A stretch of 64,000 nt of DNA from Mobula hypostoma (lineage: Eukaryota), in contig NC_086097.1 of assembly GCF_963921235.1 (NCBI RefSeq), positions 125,118,001 to 125,182,000 on the forward strand. The letters are read 5' to 3'. The notes under the pieces were generated by a model. The model made no database searches. It saw only the letters and a list, made by a program, of their open reading frames with translations, and was not told the DNA's origin. The translations under genes and the position numbers were made by a program. Shown piece by piece: positions 51,195 to 64,000 of the stretch; the first letter of the stretch is position 1; every line of letters begins with the position of its first letter.

Positions 51195-51645
51195 GAAAGG
51201 GTTAACATGGAAGTGGCATTTGATGGGCTCTGGTGCTGTACTGTCTGGAGTTTAGAAGAATGAGGGAGGGTCTCATTGAAACCTATTGAATATTAAAAGG
51301 CCTAGATAGAGTGGACATACAGAGGATATTTTCCATGAGGTGGGGTGTCTATGACCAGAGGGCACAATCTCGGAATAGAAGGACATCCCTTTAAGAGAGC
51401 TATGAGGAGGAATCTTTTTAGCCGGAGGGAAGTGAATCTGTGGAATGTATTGCCACAGAGCAAGTCACTGGATGTATTTAAAGCAGTGGTTGGGAGGTTC
51501 TTGATTATTCGGGATGTCAAAGGTTACGGGGAGAAGGCAGGAGAATGGAATTGAGAGGGATAATAAATCAGCCATGATGGAATGGCAGAGCAGACTCAAT
51601 GGGCTGAATGGTCTAATTCTGCTCCTATGGTTTATGGTCTTATGG
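51195..51645 (+). mobile_element. CR1 3' fragment
   Basis: TRGHNLGIEGHPFKRAMRRNLFSRREVNLWNVLP plus tail (ttatggtc)n. Confidence 0.8.
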
Positions 51646-52914
51646 TTATTACATTATTTCAAGGAGGCTTTAAGAACTTCTGTGAGTCTTTTAGAACACA
51701 GATTATAGGACAGTACAGCGCAGGAGAGCCTTCACCCCACTACACTGTGACCTTTTAACCTACTCCAAGATCAGTCTAACCCTTCCTTCACACATGACCC
51801 TCAATAGAATGCTGCATCATGGAGAGATCCTAACTGGATGCATCACCATCTGGTGTGGAGGCACCAGGGCTCCGGGTCGGAGAAAGCTGCAGAGGGCTGT
51901 AAACTCAGCCAGCTCCATCGTGGGCTCTCGCCTCCTCAACATCGAGGACATCGTCCAAAGGCGATGTGTAAAGAAGGCGGCATCCGTCGTTGAGGACCTC
52001 CATCACCAAGGACATGCCCTCTTCTCATTGCTACCATCAGGGAGGAGGTACAGGAACCTGAAGTTGCACACTCAACCTTTTAGGAACAACTTCTTCCCTT
52101 CTGCCATCAGATTTCTGAATGGTCCATGAACCCGTAAACACTACCTCACTTTGCCCTCTTTTTGCCTACTTACTTTTTTTTATATTTCTTTTTGTAACTT
52201 AGTAATTTTTAGTATTGCATTGTACTTATTTATTTATTTAGTGATACAGTGTGGAATAGGCCCTTCTGGCCCTTTATACCACCCCACCCCAACAACCCCC
52301 AGTGCACTTGATTAATCCGAACCGAATCACAGGAAATTTTACACTAACCAGCTAACCTGTCTTTGGACTGTGGGAGGAAACCGGAGCACCCGGAGAAAAC
52401 CAACGCGTTCCATGGGGCAGACGTACAGAGACTGCTTACAGAACAGCACCGGAATTAAACTCCAAACTCCGGTGCCCTGAGCTGTAATAGCATTGCATTC
52501 AGCACTATCCTACCGTGGCGCCCAAATCAAATGCTGCTGCTGCTAAAGAAATCAATGATAATAGGGATGTTTCTGTCATCCCTGTGCTATCTAAGAGTCT
52601 CTTAAACACTACATACAGCACAGCAGAGGCCTCTCAGCCCATGATGCTGTGCTAACCTTTTAACTAACTCCATGATGAATCTAACTTCTCCTTCCTATAT
52701 AGCTCTCCATTTTTCTGTCACCCTTGTGCCTATCTGAGGGTTTCTTAAATGCCCCTGATGTATCTGCCTCCACCACCACCCCCAGCACTTACCACTCTTT
52801 ATGTAAAAAAAAATCTACCTCTGACAATCCCTCTACACTTTCTTCCAGTCACACTAAATGTATGCCCTCTTGCTTTGGCCATTGTCAACCTGAGGGAAAA
52901 AAAGACGCTTGACA

Positions 52915-53100
52915 AACAACATTCACAACACGCTGGAGGAAATCAGCAGGTTGGGCAGCATCCGTGGAAATGATCAGTCAACATTTCGGGCCAGAACCCT
53001 TCGTCAGGACTGTAGGGGGAAGGGGCAGAGGCCCTATAAAGAAGGTGGGGGGAGGGTGGGAAGGCGAAGGCTGGTAGGTTCCAGGTGAAAAACCAGTAAT
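52915..53100 (-). mobile_element. Penelope terminal-repeat fragment with hammerhead motif (52975-53012)
   Basis: Minus strand reads cagtc-CTGACGA-a-ggg(ttctgg)ccc-GAAA-tg-TT-gactg; similar to 57340-57515. Confidence 0.75.
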
Positions 53101-53756
53101 AGGTACATGGATAGGAGGGGTATGGAGGGCTACAGTCTGGGTGCAGGTCGATGAGATTCGGCAGATTAGTAGTTCGGCATGAACTAAGTGTGCTGAAGGG
53201 GCGGATTCTGAGCTGTAGTGTTCTGTGACTCTAACACTGGCGACGTACATTGCCTTGAAGAGCTGTAGGTTGTCCATATGGGAAGGTAGAGATCAGTATT
53301 CCCTAGGGGGCCATGACCGTTCTGGTCTTGAAACGCCCTTTTCATCGATCAGCCAAGTCTGCAGTAGTATTGTAAAGTAATTGGTGAATTTCATCATTGT
53401 TGTGTATATTCACTTAGCAATGACTCTTAAGATATTGGAAACTGTCCACGTTTTCTAGGTCCTGCCACAAATCTTATTTGTCAGTTGGTGGTTTGTACCA
53501 TCTACAGTAGATCTTTACTTTGTGGATATTCAATGCTAGGCTGACCTGGATCTTTCCAGTACTTTACTGTCTCTGAGTCCGAGATGAGTTCACCCATGTT
53601 GTTAACTCTCAGTGGAGTGGGGTCTTGGGTATTAAGTAATGTAGTACTAGTGTAATCGCTAAGTCAAGTATGATGTTCTCCGAAGGCAGGAGTTCCCAAC
53701 CTGGGGTTCACAGACTCCTTGCTTAATGGTATTGGTTTCTGCCATAGAAAACGTTT

Positions 53757-53892
53757 GTCCTGACGAAGGGTCTCGGCCTGAAACGTCGACTGTACCTCTT
53801 CCTAGAGATGCTGCCTGGCCTGCTGCGTTCACCAGCAACTTTGATGTGTATTGCTTGAATTTTCAGCATCTGCAGAATTCCTGTTGTTTGCG
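53757..53892 (+). mobile_element. Penelope terminal-repeat fragment starting at a hammerhead motif
   Basis: gtc-CTGACGA-agggtctcggcct-GAAA-cg-TC-gac; closely similar to 34255-34390. Confidence 0.8.
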
Positions 53893-56817
53893 AAGACATG
53901 CAACAGCTTATTTGTGATTTGAAAGCAAAGGAATTTGATTAAGAGCATTATTAATAACACCTTTTGAAGTAAATTGTGGTAAACTATCACCACAAACAAT
54001 GAAGAGGTAAGAGAGGGCAAAGGAACTCAAGCAATGTGCCCTGATGGTGCACTGTAATCGACGCACTTGGAGTTGGAGCCGTGCTGGTTGGAGTGGATGA
54101 TTCAGAGGGGAGAAGACGGGATGGAGGAGTCCAACTTCACCGGAAGTGAGGGTGGATTGCTCAAAGCGCCGAGCCGATTTGGTGAGGTCAAGAATGGCTT
54201 CTTCGGCAGTAAAATCCCAGTCCAAAGTGAATCGCTGGGTGACGTGTTCTAGGCCTGGAACGCTCTGCTGTGGCAAGGCCTGGGTCCTAATGCGAAGTAC
54301 AGTACGCTGTTTGGACAATCTTAATGTCAACTCAGCTAGACTGGAAAGGCAGGGTGTCGAGAGTCGGGTGAGGTTGGATCGTCCTAAGTGCTGAGCCAAT
54401 TTGGCGAGGATGAGAACAGTTTCTCTGCAGCAAAATCCAGGCCCAGAGCAATGCACCACGGTGGGGCTCGGTTTCTAGTGTGAGGTTCAGACAATTTAAA
54501 AACCAGCCCAGATAGTCTGGGGGCTCCTCTCTTCATGACGCTAGGGCTGTGAGACTACCCCTGGCTGCTGTGCTTCGTCTCTGCGAACTATGCAGCATCT
54601 TGCCCTGCTAATATAATGAACTAAGTACCAAGGCTTTGGGCCTACCGCTCTGATCTGCTCGGGGGATTTGGATCCAAGAATGCAATTTGGTTCAGAATGC
54701 TACTGTTGTTCCTAGCTTCTATTGTTTGCATGATTTGTTTTGTTTTTTTAAATTTGGTTCTTTCGGGTTCCTTGCTTTGCAACTGCCTGTCAGCAAACAA
54801 ATCTCAAGGTTGTATACACTTATACATTTTTTGAATAAATGCACTTTGAATCTTTGAATTTCCTGTTGCAATAAGACTATTAAATGGTTCCCTAGTATGA
54901 TAAGATGGATATTTGACCTCACAGTCTACCTTTTTATGACCTTGCACTTTGTTGTTTACCTGCATTGCACTTTCTCTGTGGGCACTACACTTTGTTCTGC
55001 ATTGTTGTTTTTTTAACCTGGCTATACCTCAGTGCTCTGTGTGATGATTTGATGTACATGAAGAGCATGAAAAACAAGCTTTTCACTGTATCTCGGTACA
55101 TGTGATGACAATAAACCGATTCCAATTCCAAATGCCCATTGTGTATTCCAGCAATGAAGTAATATATTATACTCATCAGTGAAAGAATCCCAACCCTGGA
55201 CACTTCCAAATGAAGCCAGGGAGGAATTCTGCTCCACCTTTGGCCACAGTTCAGAGAGACAAACTGATCCTTCTGGGTAATACATGCAAGATGCTGGAGG
55301 AACTCAGCAAGTCAGACAGCCTCTATGGAGGGAAATAAACAGCTGGCATTTTGAGCCAAGACACTTCACCAGGATTGTGTTTATGGTCCTTCTGGAAGAC
55401 TTCAATGTCAGGATGGGGAATTGAGTAATCTATTAGATTGTATCTACAAGAGCTAGGAGAGGAGAATGAAGAGTTGACTTGATAGAGGGCTTTCTAAAGA
55501 TTAAATATTAGCTCTGTTTGTCACATGTACATTGAAAAATACATAATTTGCATCAACGACCAAGACACTCTAAGGCTGTGCTTGGGGCAGGCCGTAGGTA
55601 TTGCTATCCTTCCAGTGCCAACTTAACATTCCACATCTCACTCACCCTAACCGTACGACATTGGAACGTGGGAGGAAACCAAAACAGCCGGAGGAAACCA
55701 GTGGAGTCATGGGATGAACGTACAAACTCCTTGCAGACAGCACCAGGAGGTGAACATCAATCTTACTACAGGTGCTGTAAACTATTACAGTAACTACTAA
55801 ACTACCAGGCCACCCTATTGGATCATCGCATTGCATCTATTGAATATTTTTCATAATACATTGTATCCTTGTCCGAGAGAGATCACAAGGATGTGCTCAT
55901 CACCTGTGCTGTGACAGGATCTTTGCTTTCCTCACTTGCAGACCCCAGTCAGTTTGGATTGGTAACATCTCCTCCACAATCACCATCAGCACAGTTGCAC
56001 CACAAGGCTGTGTGCTTAGCCCCCTGCTCTACTCGCTTTATACTTAAGACTGTGAGGCTAAGTACAGCTCCAACACCATATTTAAATTTGCTGACAACAC
56101 CTCTGTTGCGGGCTGAATCAAACAGGATTAGCATATAGGAGGGAGATTGAAAATCTGGTTGAATGGTGCCACAACAACAACTCAATGGTAGCAAAACCAA
56201 ATAGATGATTATTGACTACAGGAGGAGGAAACTGGAGCCAGTCCTCTCTTGTTAGGGGATAGGAGGTGGAGAGGGTCAGTAACTTTAAATTTCATAGAAC
56301 CTGTGACAAGGCTCTTGGTTTCTCTGTAGAAAGAACCAGTACAGAGGAGAATGATCACAACCCCTGGGAGCTAATTAGCCGTTAATGGAAGACATTATTG
56401 ATTTGGAAGCTTCACTATGCCTCAGGGTGAAAACAGCTCCATAGGCAGCTGAATACAGCAGAATAATGAGGAACAGATAATTCTGCTTAACATGACAATG
56501 AATAAGGAAATAAAATTCTAAAAAGATCTTCACTATGTAAGAGTTACTCCGTTGTGTTTTTGTTTGCATTTGTAAAGATATTTTCATAGTATGCTCCTAG
56601 ATGATAGTACCAATTAGAATCATTATCAGCCTATTCCTAGTGATTGATCTGAGCCACAGAGGTGCCCGTGTTTCTGTGTGGGGCGTGGACTGTCATTGTG
56701 TGAACTGTGACATAACTTGCACTCTGACTTTATCACCTACAAGTCCTTTTACTGTGAGACTTCATCAATGATGCCAAAATCCAATGGAAATTTATTATCA
56801 AAGTACATATATTTCAC

Positions 56818-57551
56818 TCACAACACGCTGGAGGAACTCAGCAGGTCGGGCAGCATCTGTGGAAACAATCAGTCAACCCTTCGGGCCTTATAAAGAAGGT
56901 GGGAAGGAGAAGACTGGTAGGTTCCAGGTGAAAAACCTCCGTCGAGCACCTCCGCTCCGTCCACCACAACAGACAGGATCTCCCGGTTGCCACCCACTTC
57001 AACTCTGCTTCACATTCCCATTCGGATATGTCCATATACATGGCCTCCTCTACTGCCATGATGAGGCTAAACTCAGGTTGGAGGAGCAACACCTCATATA
57101 CCGTCTAGGTAGTCTCCAGCCTCTTGGTTTGAACATGGAATTCTCCAACTTCCGGTAATTCCCTCCCCTCCCTTCCTCTATCCCTATTTCACTCTGTCCC
57201 CTCCCCCAGCTGCCTATCACCTCCCTCTTGGTTCCGCCTTCTTCTACTACCCATTGTGTTTTCCCCTGTTCCTTCTTCACCTTTCCTGCCTATCCCCTCC
57301 CTGCTTTCTCTCCCCCACCCCTTTATCTTTCCCCTTACTGGTTTTTCACCTGGAACCTACCAGCCTTCTCCTTCCCACCCTCCCCTCACCTTCTTTATAG
57401 GGCCTCTGCCCCTTCCCCCTACAGTCCTGATGAAAGGTTCCAGCCCGAAAAGTTCACTGATCGTTTCCACAGATGCTGCCCGACCTGCTGAGTTCCTCCA
57501 GGGTGTTGTGAGTGTTGCTGTGACCCCAGCATCTGCAGAGTATTTTGTGTT
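56818..57551 (+). mobile_element. Penelope-like 3' end preceded by an inverted partial terminal repeat
   Basis: IHGLLYCHDEAKLRLEEQHLIYRLGSLQPLGLNMEFSNFR; 56818-56935 is inverted terminal sequence; imperfect TSD tacatatatttcac / tacatgtatgtcac. Confidence 0.85.
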
Positions 57552-57817
57552 TACATGTATGTCACCATAAATACATCTTCTTGCAGGAATTCACAGTAAA
57601 TACAAAGAACAAAATAGAAAAAACAGTACACAGCAAAGACAGAAAAACAACTAATGTGCAAGAGACAATAAATTTGCAAATACAAAACAGAAAATAATAA
57701 TTTTAATAAATCGATAATGTAAATAATATTGTAAACATGAGTTGTAGAGTCTTTTAAAGTAAGTCCCTAGGTTATGGACTCAGGTTGGAGTTGAATTGAA
57801 TGAAGTTATCCACATAA

Positions 57818-58608
57818 TTCGGAGAGCAGCGCTAAATGGCGACTCCTTTGCTTGCTTTGCTTGCATTTTCAGAAACAGCTCTATTTCCACCTTTCTATTT
57901 TTCCCTTTCAGGGTACTTTTGAAGACGCTGACCTGGAATTACACACTGACTTTGGTTCATTGCGGGAACGGGACCAGCTCTAGGGGTGTCACGACTGGTC
58001 GTTTTCCGACATGCCAAGGGCGCAGCCTAAGATTTCGGTTCGCCTTTGGAGGCCTAGGGTCTCGGGGCTCTGGCGATGGGTGGATTGAAGGTCAGTGTCC
58101 CAGACCGGTGTGTCGTGGGAGTTGGAAGATGTGCCCAGAGACCTGAGATCTTTGGACACAGAGCTCAGAAAAAGTGACCCACAGGACTTTTAATATCATA
58201 AACCAGTGACCTGTTTGTTATGTCTCCCCTCTTGCTGTGAAACGGAGACATCTCTTTCTCCCTTATTAGGGAGAGAGAGAACCTGGTATGTCAAATACCG
58301 GGTGAATGCGTATTCTTTGGAGTACTGCAAGTCTGTGCTTTGCTGTTGCTTTTGCTGCACACTTGAGCGCTTGGTGGCGGATGCAGATGCTTTTCTTTGC
58401 CGGTGGGGGGAGCGTGATCGTTTGCTTACTGCCACTTATGCGCAGGAGGGAGGGGAGCTGGGGGGGGGGACTTTGGGGTTCTGACATTTAACTGTCATTC
58501 ATTCTTTGGGGCACTCCTCTGTTTTCGTGGATGGTTGCGAAGAAAAAGTATTTCAGGATGTATATTGTATACATTTCTGTGACATTAAATGTACCTTTGA
58601 AACCTTTG
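57818..58608 (+). mobile_element. Non-coding retroposon; its 3' part also occurs at ~50590-50890 (-)
   Basis: 58300-58608 matches the reverse complement of 50590-50890; ends attaaatgtacctttgaaacctttg; interrupts another repeat (ttatccacat|ggttcaggagcc). Confidence 0.6.
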
Positions 58609-61199
58609 GTTCAGGAGCCTGATGATTGAAGGGTAATAACCATTCCTGAACCTTGTGATGTAGGACCTAAGGCTCCCGCACTTCCTTCCTGATGGCAGCA
58701 GTGCGAAGAGAGCATGGGTGGTGGGGTTCTTCATGATGCAAGGTTCACTTTTCTTGTCAAATCAAAAAAAAAACTTTATTCATGCTTTAAAAAATGAAGA
58801 ATAAACCGTGCAATGCCTTTTCATTCTTTACATTTTCTCCCACATTCCAAAGACATACAGGTCAATGGGTTAATTGGTCACATGGGTGTAATTGTGGCCT
58901 CGTTGTGCCGGAAGGACCTGTTACCGTGCTGTATCTCTAAATAAAATAATTAAATCGATAGATAACGGAGAGATGAAGGGCAGACGTAACCAGATGGGGA
59001 GGGGATGGGTAGAAGGAACCCAGGTGGATGGGTGCCTGGATGATGGCTGATCAAAATAGGAAAGGTGGACCAAGGGAGAAAACTCTGGGTGGACTGGTTG
59101 GAATAGGAAAGTAACACGGAGGGGGTGTGTACCCTAAATTAAAAAAAAGTTTAATATTCACTCTGTTGAGGTGTAGGGAGTCAAGAACCCCCACCATCCA
59201 GGCCACGCTCTCTTCTCGCTCCTACCGTCGGGCAGAGTTGCGGTAGCCCTAGGTCCCACATCACCAGGTTCAGGAACACTTACTACCCTTCAACAACCAG
59301 GCTCCTGAACCAACATGGATAACTTCATTCACCTCACTCCGAACTCATTCCACAACCTACAAGCTCACCTTCAAGGACTCTACAAATCATGTTCTCAGGA
59401 TTATTTTGTTTGCTCTGTTTGTCTTCTTTTGCATCATTGGTTGTTTGTCAGTCTTTGTTTATGTATAGTTCTTCATAAATTCTACTTATTTCTTTAATCT
59501 TGTAAATGCCTGCAAGGAAATGAATCTCGGCATAGTGTGTTCACTCAAGTCAAGTGTGATGTCCTCCGAAGGTGTTGTCGATTGCTGAATCCTCAGGTGG
59601 CTGTAGAGGCTGATGCAGGATCCACATAACCGGGATGCTAGGGTAGATTTCCTTAGTACAGAATGCTTGTGCGTGACTTTGTTCAAAGTGGGGAGGATGA
59701 AGCATGGGGCACCCACCACATGATCAAGTCAGGGTCCAGTGGCATGGAGTGCAAGACACCAGGAGACCCTTCACTGCTGCAGACTTCCTCCGCCCTCACT
59801 GCCGTTGTGATGTGTCATTATCTTCCGCCAGCTCCACAGCCGAGGTCTTGATTGGATCACTCTTTTTCTGGAACCTCACCTTTGACCTCACTGCCACGGT
59901 GATCCCACTCAGAGCTAAATTCAAGATGGCGTTGCTCTCATAATCTCAGGAGCCCACAGGAATCACCACCATGATAAGGTGCTGATCCTCAGTGAAGAAT
60001 CTCAGGGTAATATACTGTATGGTAACATATACATACCTTGATAATATGGGGTACTGTTCTTTTAGTTTGCTTTTGGCCTCACCATGTCTGTGCAGGAATA
60101 GGAGAGCCATTAAAGTGATGTGTGCTGAAAGCTGAAGACAGAGCACAAATGCTCTGCCAAATGGTCACCTAGTCTTCGCTTGGGTCTTGCTGGCATGGAG
60201 GAGGCCATGTTGAGTGCACAAAGTGCAGTAGATGAGACTGGATGAGGTGCCTGGAAATCTCCGCCTCATCTAAAATAGCGGTTTAGGTCCCATGATGGTG
60301 ATGACAGTCGACCAGTAGGGACAACGTTGCACCTACAATGGTTGTGGGGGAAAGAGTACATGAAGAGAGTGATCACCATAGAAAGCAGAAACATGGAGAG
60401 GGGTGTATAGTTGTTGTTGTTCTTGTAGTTTAATTTGTCTATGCTTGCTTGTATTTTTAATATAATCACCTATATACATGTAATTTCCAGTGAATTTTTC
60501 AGTAATTACAGTTGCTGAATACAGTTCTGTATTTTCTTCCAGAAAATTCTTAATTTTGAGTAGCAGTTGTCATGCTGCTTGAATCTGGCTATTTTATGTC
60601 AATTGTCATCACTGGAAATTTTTTAAAATCTCTGGTCCAAGTATGAGACGGACACAACTACTTATTTCCTTGGTCTTTCTTAGTTCATTCTTTGTTTTTG
60701 AAACGCTTATTGAAATTGATAGCAATAAGTTTCATCACGTCTGGAGCGCAAAAGCATCGGGATCCAACTGAGGGAAGAATGGGAAAGATATGATTTGTTT
60801 GTGGGATCCTATAATGGCAAGGATTGATATGCAGGGTGCAGAGGTTATTGGTGTGAAAGGCAAGGCCCATCGGAAGCCTATCTCTTATTGAAGGGTCTTG
60901 ACCAAAAATAATAACTGTTTAATCCCCCTCCGTGGATGCTGTCTGACCTGCTGAGTTCCTCCAGCACTTTGTGAATGTTGCCCAAGACTTCCAGCATCTG
61001 CAGAATCTCTTGTGCTTAAACTCTTCTCTGTCCCATCTGAAGGGATGGGGTGGATGACGGTGGGTGAGAGCAAATGTCCTGAAAGTGGTAGGAAGCAGGT
61101 GGGAACTCCATCGGGTAAGGTGGAGGGGAAACCATGTTTTATGCAAAATAACACATTTTACAATTACTGAAATGGAAAGCCGGGAATGAAATTTGGGAA

Positions 61200-61880
61200 T
61201 AGATGTGGACAAGACAGAAAATGAGTAGATGGTAAGGGAGGCAAATGCAATGCTAGCATTCACTACTAGAAGACCAGAATATAAGAGCAAAGGTACGATG
61301 CCAAGGCTTTATAAGGCATCGGTCAGCCTGCACTTGGAGTATTGTGAGCAATTTTAGGCCTCTTATCTAAAAAAAAAGATGAGCTGGGATCAGAGGCGGT
61401 CCAAAGGAATGATTTGGGGAATTAAATGATTAATATAAGAGGAGTGTTGGACTACTCTGGGCCTGTACTCCTTAGAGTTTAGAATGAGGTGGGATCTCAT
61501 TGAAACCTATCAAGTATTGAAAGGCCTAGATAGAGTGGAGGTGGAGAGGATGTTTCCTATAGTGGGTGAGTTTAGGACCAGAGGGCACAGCCTCAGAATA
61601 GCAGGACATCCTTTTAGAACAGAGATGAGAAAGAATTTTTTTAGCCAGAGGGTGGTGAATCTGTGGAATTTATTGCCACGGACGGCTTTGGAGGCCAAGT
61701 CACTGAGTGTATTTAAAGCAGAGATTGATAGGTTCTTGGTTAGTCAGTGTATCAAAGATTATGGAGAGAATGCAGAAGAATGGGATTGAGAGGGATAATA
61801 AATCATCCATGATGGAACAGTGGAGAAAGCTCAATGGGCCATGTTGTCTAATTCTGCTCCTATGTTTAATGATCTTAAAA
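61200..61880 (+). mobile_element. CR1 3' fragment
   Basis: ORF 61484..61789 (DLIETYQVLKGLDRV...RKNFFSQRVVNLWNLLP). Confidence 0.85.
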
Positions 61881-62105
61881 TGAAAGGGATATTATCCTTA
61901 CAAAGGCAGGATGGGAGCTGGTGTGCTTACAGAAGGCACAGGTAGATAATTTCCCTCCTAAGATTGAAATGGTAGGATCCAGAAAAATGACAGAAGTGTC
62001 AGAAATGGCCAAATTGAGTTTGAGGGCCTGGTGGAGATCGCAGCAAGGATGATAAAATTGATTAGTGCAGAAGGGAGCACCAAGGTAGTCATCAATACTG
62101 CAGAG

Positions 62106-62983
62106 TCATAGTCATAGTCATACTTTATTGATCCCGGGGGAAATTGGTTTTTGTTACAGTTGCACCATAGATAATAAACAGTAATAAAACCATAAATAGT
62201 TAACTAGTAATATGTAAATTATGCCAGGAAATAAGTCCAGGACCAACCTATCGGCTCAGGGTGTCTGACCCTCCAAGGGAGGAGTTGTAAAGTTTGATGG
62301 CCACAGGCAGGAATTACTTCCTATGACGCTCTGTGTTGCATCTCAGTGGAATGAGTCTCTGCTGAATGTACTCCTGTGCCCAACCAGTACATTATGTAGT
62401 GGATGGGAGACATTGTCCAAGATGGCATGCAACCTGGACAGCGGCCTCTTTTCAGACACCACTGTCAGAGAGACCAGTTCCATCCCCACAACATCACTGG
62501 CCTTACGAATGAGTTTGTTGATTCTGTTGGTGTCTGCTACCCTCAGCCTGCTGCCCCAGCACACAACAGCAAACATGATAGCACTGGCCACCACAGACTC
62601 GTAGAACATCCTCAGCATCATCTGGCAGATGTTAAAGGACCTCAGTCTCCTCAGGAAATAGAGATGGCTCTGACCCTTCTTGTAGACAGCCTCAGTGTTC
62701 TTTGACCAGTCCAGTTTATTGTCAATTCATATCCCCAGGTATTTGTAATCCTCCACCATGTCCACACTGACCCCCTGGATGGAAACAGGGGTCACCGGTA
62801 CCTTAGCTCTCCTGAGGTCTACCACCAGCTCCTTAGTCTTTTCCACATTAAGCTGCAGATAATTCTGCTCACACCATGTGACAAAGTTTCCTACCATAGC
62901 CCTGTACTCAGCCTCATCTCCCTTGCTGATGCATCTAACTATGGCAGAATCATCAGAAAATTTCTGAAGATGACAAGACTCTG
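62106..62983 (-). mobile_element. 5'-truncated Rex1/Babar-like LINE
   Basis: LQKFSDDSAIV...LQLNVEKTKELVVD...YKYLGI; (gactat)n tail; tgcagag at 62099-62105 and 62984-62990 as possible TSD. Confidence 0.85.
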
Positions 62984-63669
62984 TGCAGAGCACAGAACTC
63001 TGAGAAAGAGTTAGGGAGGGTGTCAGAGCAGAACTAGAACTGTTCCAAGCTGCTAACAACAAGGGCATTTGTAGCTGGAGCCCATGCAAAGATTAAAGTT
63101 CATAGTTCAAAGTAAGTTTATTCTCAAAGTACTTGTATGTCACTATACACTCCCCTGAGATTCATTTTCTTGCAGGCATTTACAGGAAAATAAAGAAACA
63201 CTAATAGAATTTATGAAAAACTATATACATGTATAACAAAGGCTGACAAATAACCAATGTGCAAAAGAAGACAAACTACAAATACCAAAGAAACAAATAA
63301 TAATAATATTAACAGTAATTATAAATAAATAATATTGAAAACTTTAGTTATAGATTCCTTGAATGTGACGTAGGTTGTGTTCAGTGCTGAGGTGAGTGAA
63401 GTTATCCTCGTTGGTTTAGGAATTTGTTGGTTGTAGGGTCAGTGCTCACGGCTGCACCTTTGTAGAAAATGGGAGGAATTGCAAGAGACGTTATTGAGGG
63501 TAAGGACAAGTCCTGCCAGTGTTAGTGGAGGAGAATTGTTTGGTTCTTTATCCCAGAAAGAAGCAGAGGCCCCTAAGATCTTCCTAATGGGAGATGGCCA
63601 CGTGTTAAGGCTGGACAGCCACAGCAAAGATGAAAGACAGTTAGAGCCAGGAAATGGTGGAAGGTGTGA

Positions 63670-64000
63670 TAACATTGAACACTGCAGCATAGTACAGGCC
63701 TTTGGACTCATAATGTTGTGCCAACCTTTTAACCTACTCTATGATCAGTCTAACTCTTCCCTCCTACATAGCCCTCCATTTGTCTATCATCCATGTGCCT
63801 TTCTAAGAATTTATTAAATACTCCCTAATGTATCTGCCTCTACCATCATCCTTGGAAGTGCATTCCACGCACTCACCACTCTCCATGTAAAAAAATACCT
63901 CTGACATCCCCCCTGTACTTTCCTCCAGTCACCTTAATATTATGCCCCCTTGTATTAGCTATTTCCACCCTGGGGAAAAAAGACTCTGGCTGTCCGCTTG
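63670..64000 (-). mobile_element. CR1 3' end running off the window
   Basis: Colinear with 1928-2270. Confidence 0.8.

Larger units (their letters stand above)
60050..63660 (-). pseudogene. Old Penelope RT/GIY-YIG ORF remnant fragmented by later insertions
   Basis: LAGLVLTLNNVSCNSSHFLQ (63440-63660), MGSSY (62991-63090), SIDDY...ISDTSVIFLD...KDNIPF (61885-62098), HGFPST (61020-61200), LIYCTLC and EAKSKLKEQY (60050-60400). Confidence 0.65.

Noticed and set aside
53908..54459. 183-aa minus-strand ORF
   Set aside because: No recognisable domain, and it lies antisense in a retroposon-like GC-rich repeat.

Overview
This is non-coding, repeat-saturated vertebrate DNA. The repeat mix (CR1, L1-clade, Rex1/Babar, Penelope, V-domain tRNA SINEs, Tc1, Tigger, hAT) most resembles a cartilaginous fish; that assignment is an inference. 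I could not support any host protein-coding gene, RNA gene, CRISPR array or prokaryotic system, and every informative ORF in the track comes from a transposon. Main structures: (1) an 8.1-kb four-level nest at 20795-28913 (Tc1 remnant > L1-clade LINE > Rex1/Babar > CR1, plus an 80-bp hAT MITE), with junctions readable to the base; (2) many Penelope-like (PLE) insertions carrying minimal hammerhead ribozyme motifs, several as TSD-flanked inverted or miniature units, and one site hit twice; (3) an old Penelope ORF broken across about 60.0-63.7 kb; (4) a nested solo-LTR-like element at 2277-3850; (5) a perfect 61-bp-arm inverted repeat at 13470-13605. Family names come from motif recognition by eye, not database searches. 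Boundaries are approximate unless a junction is quoted.
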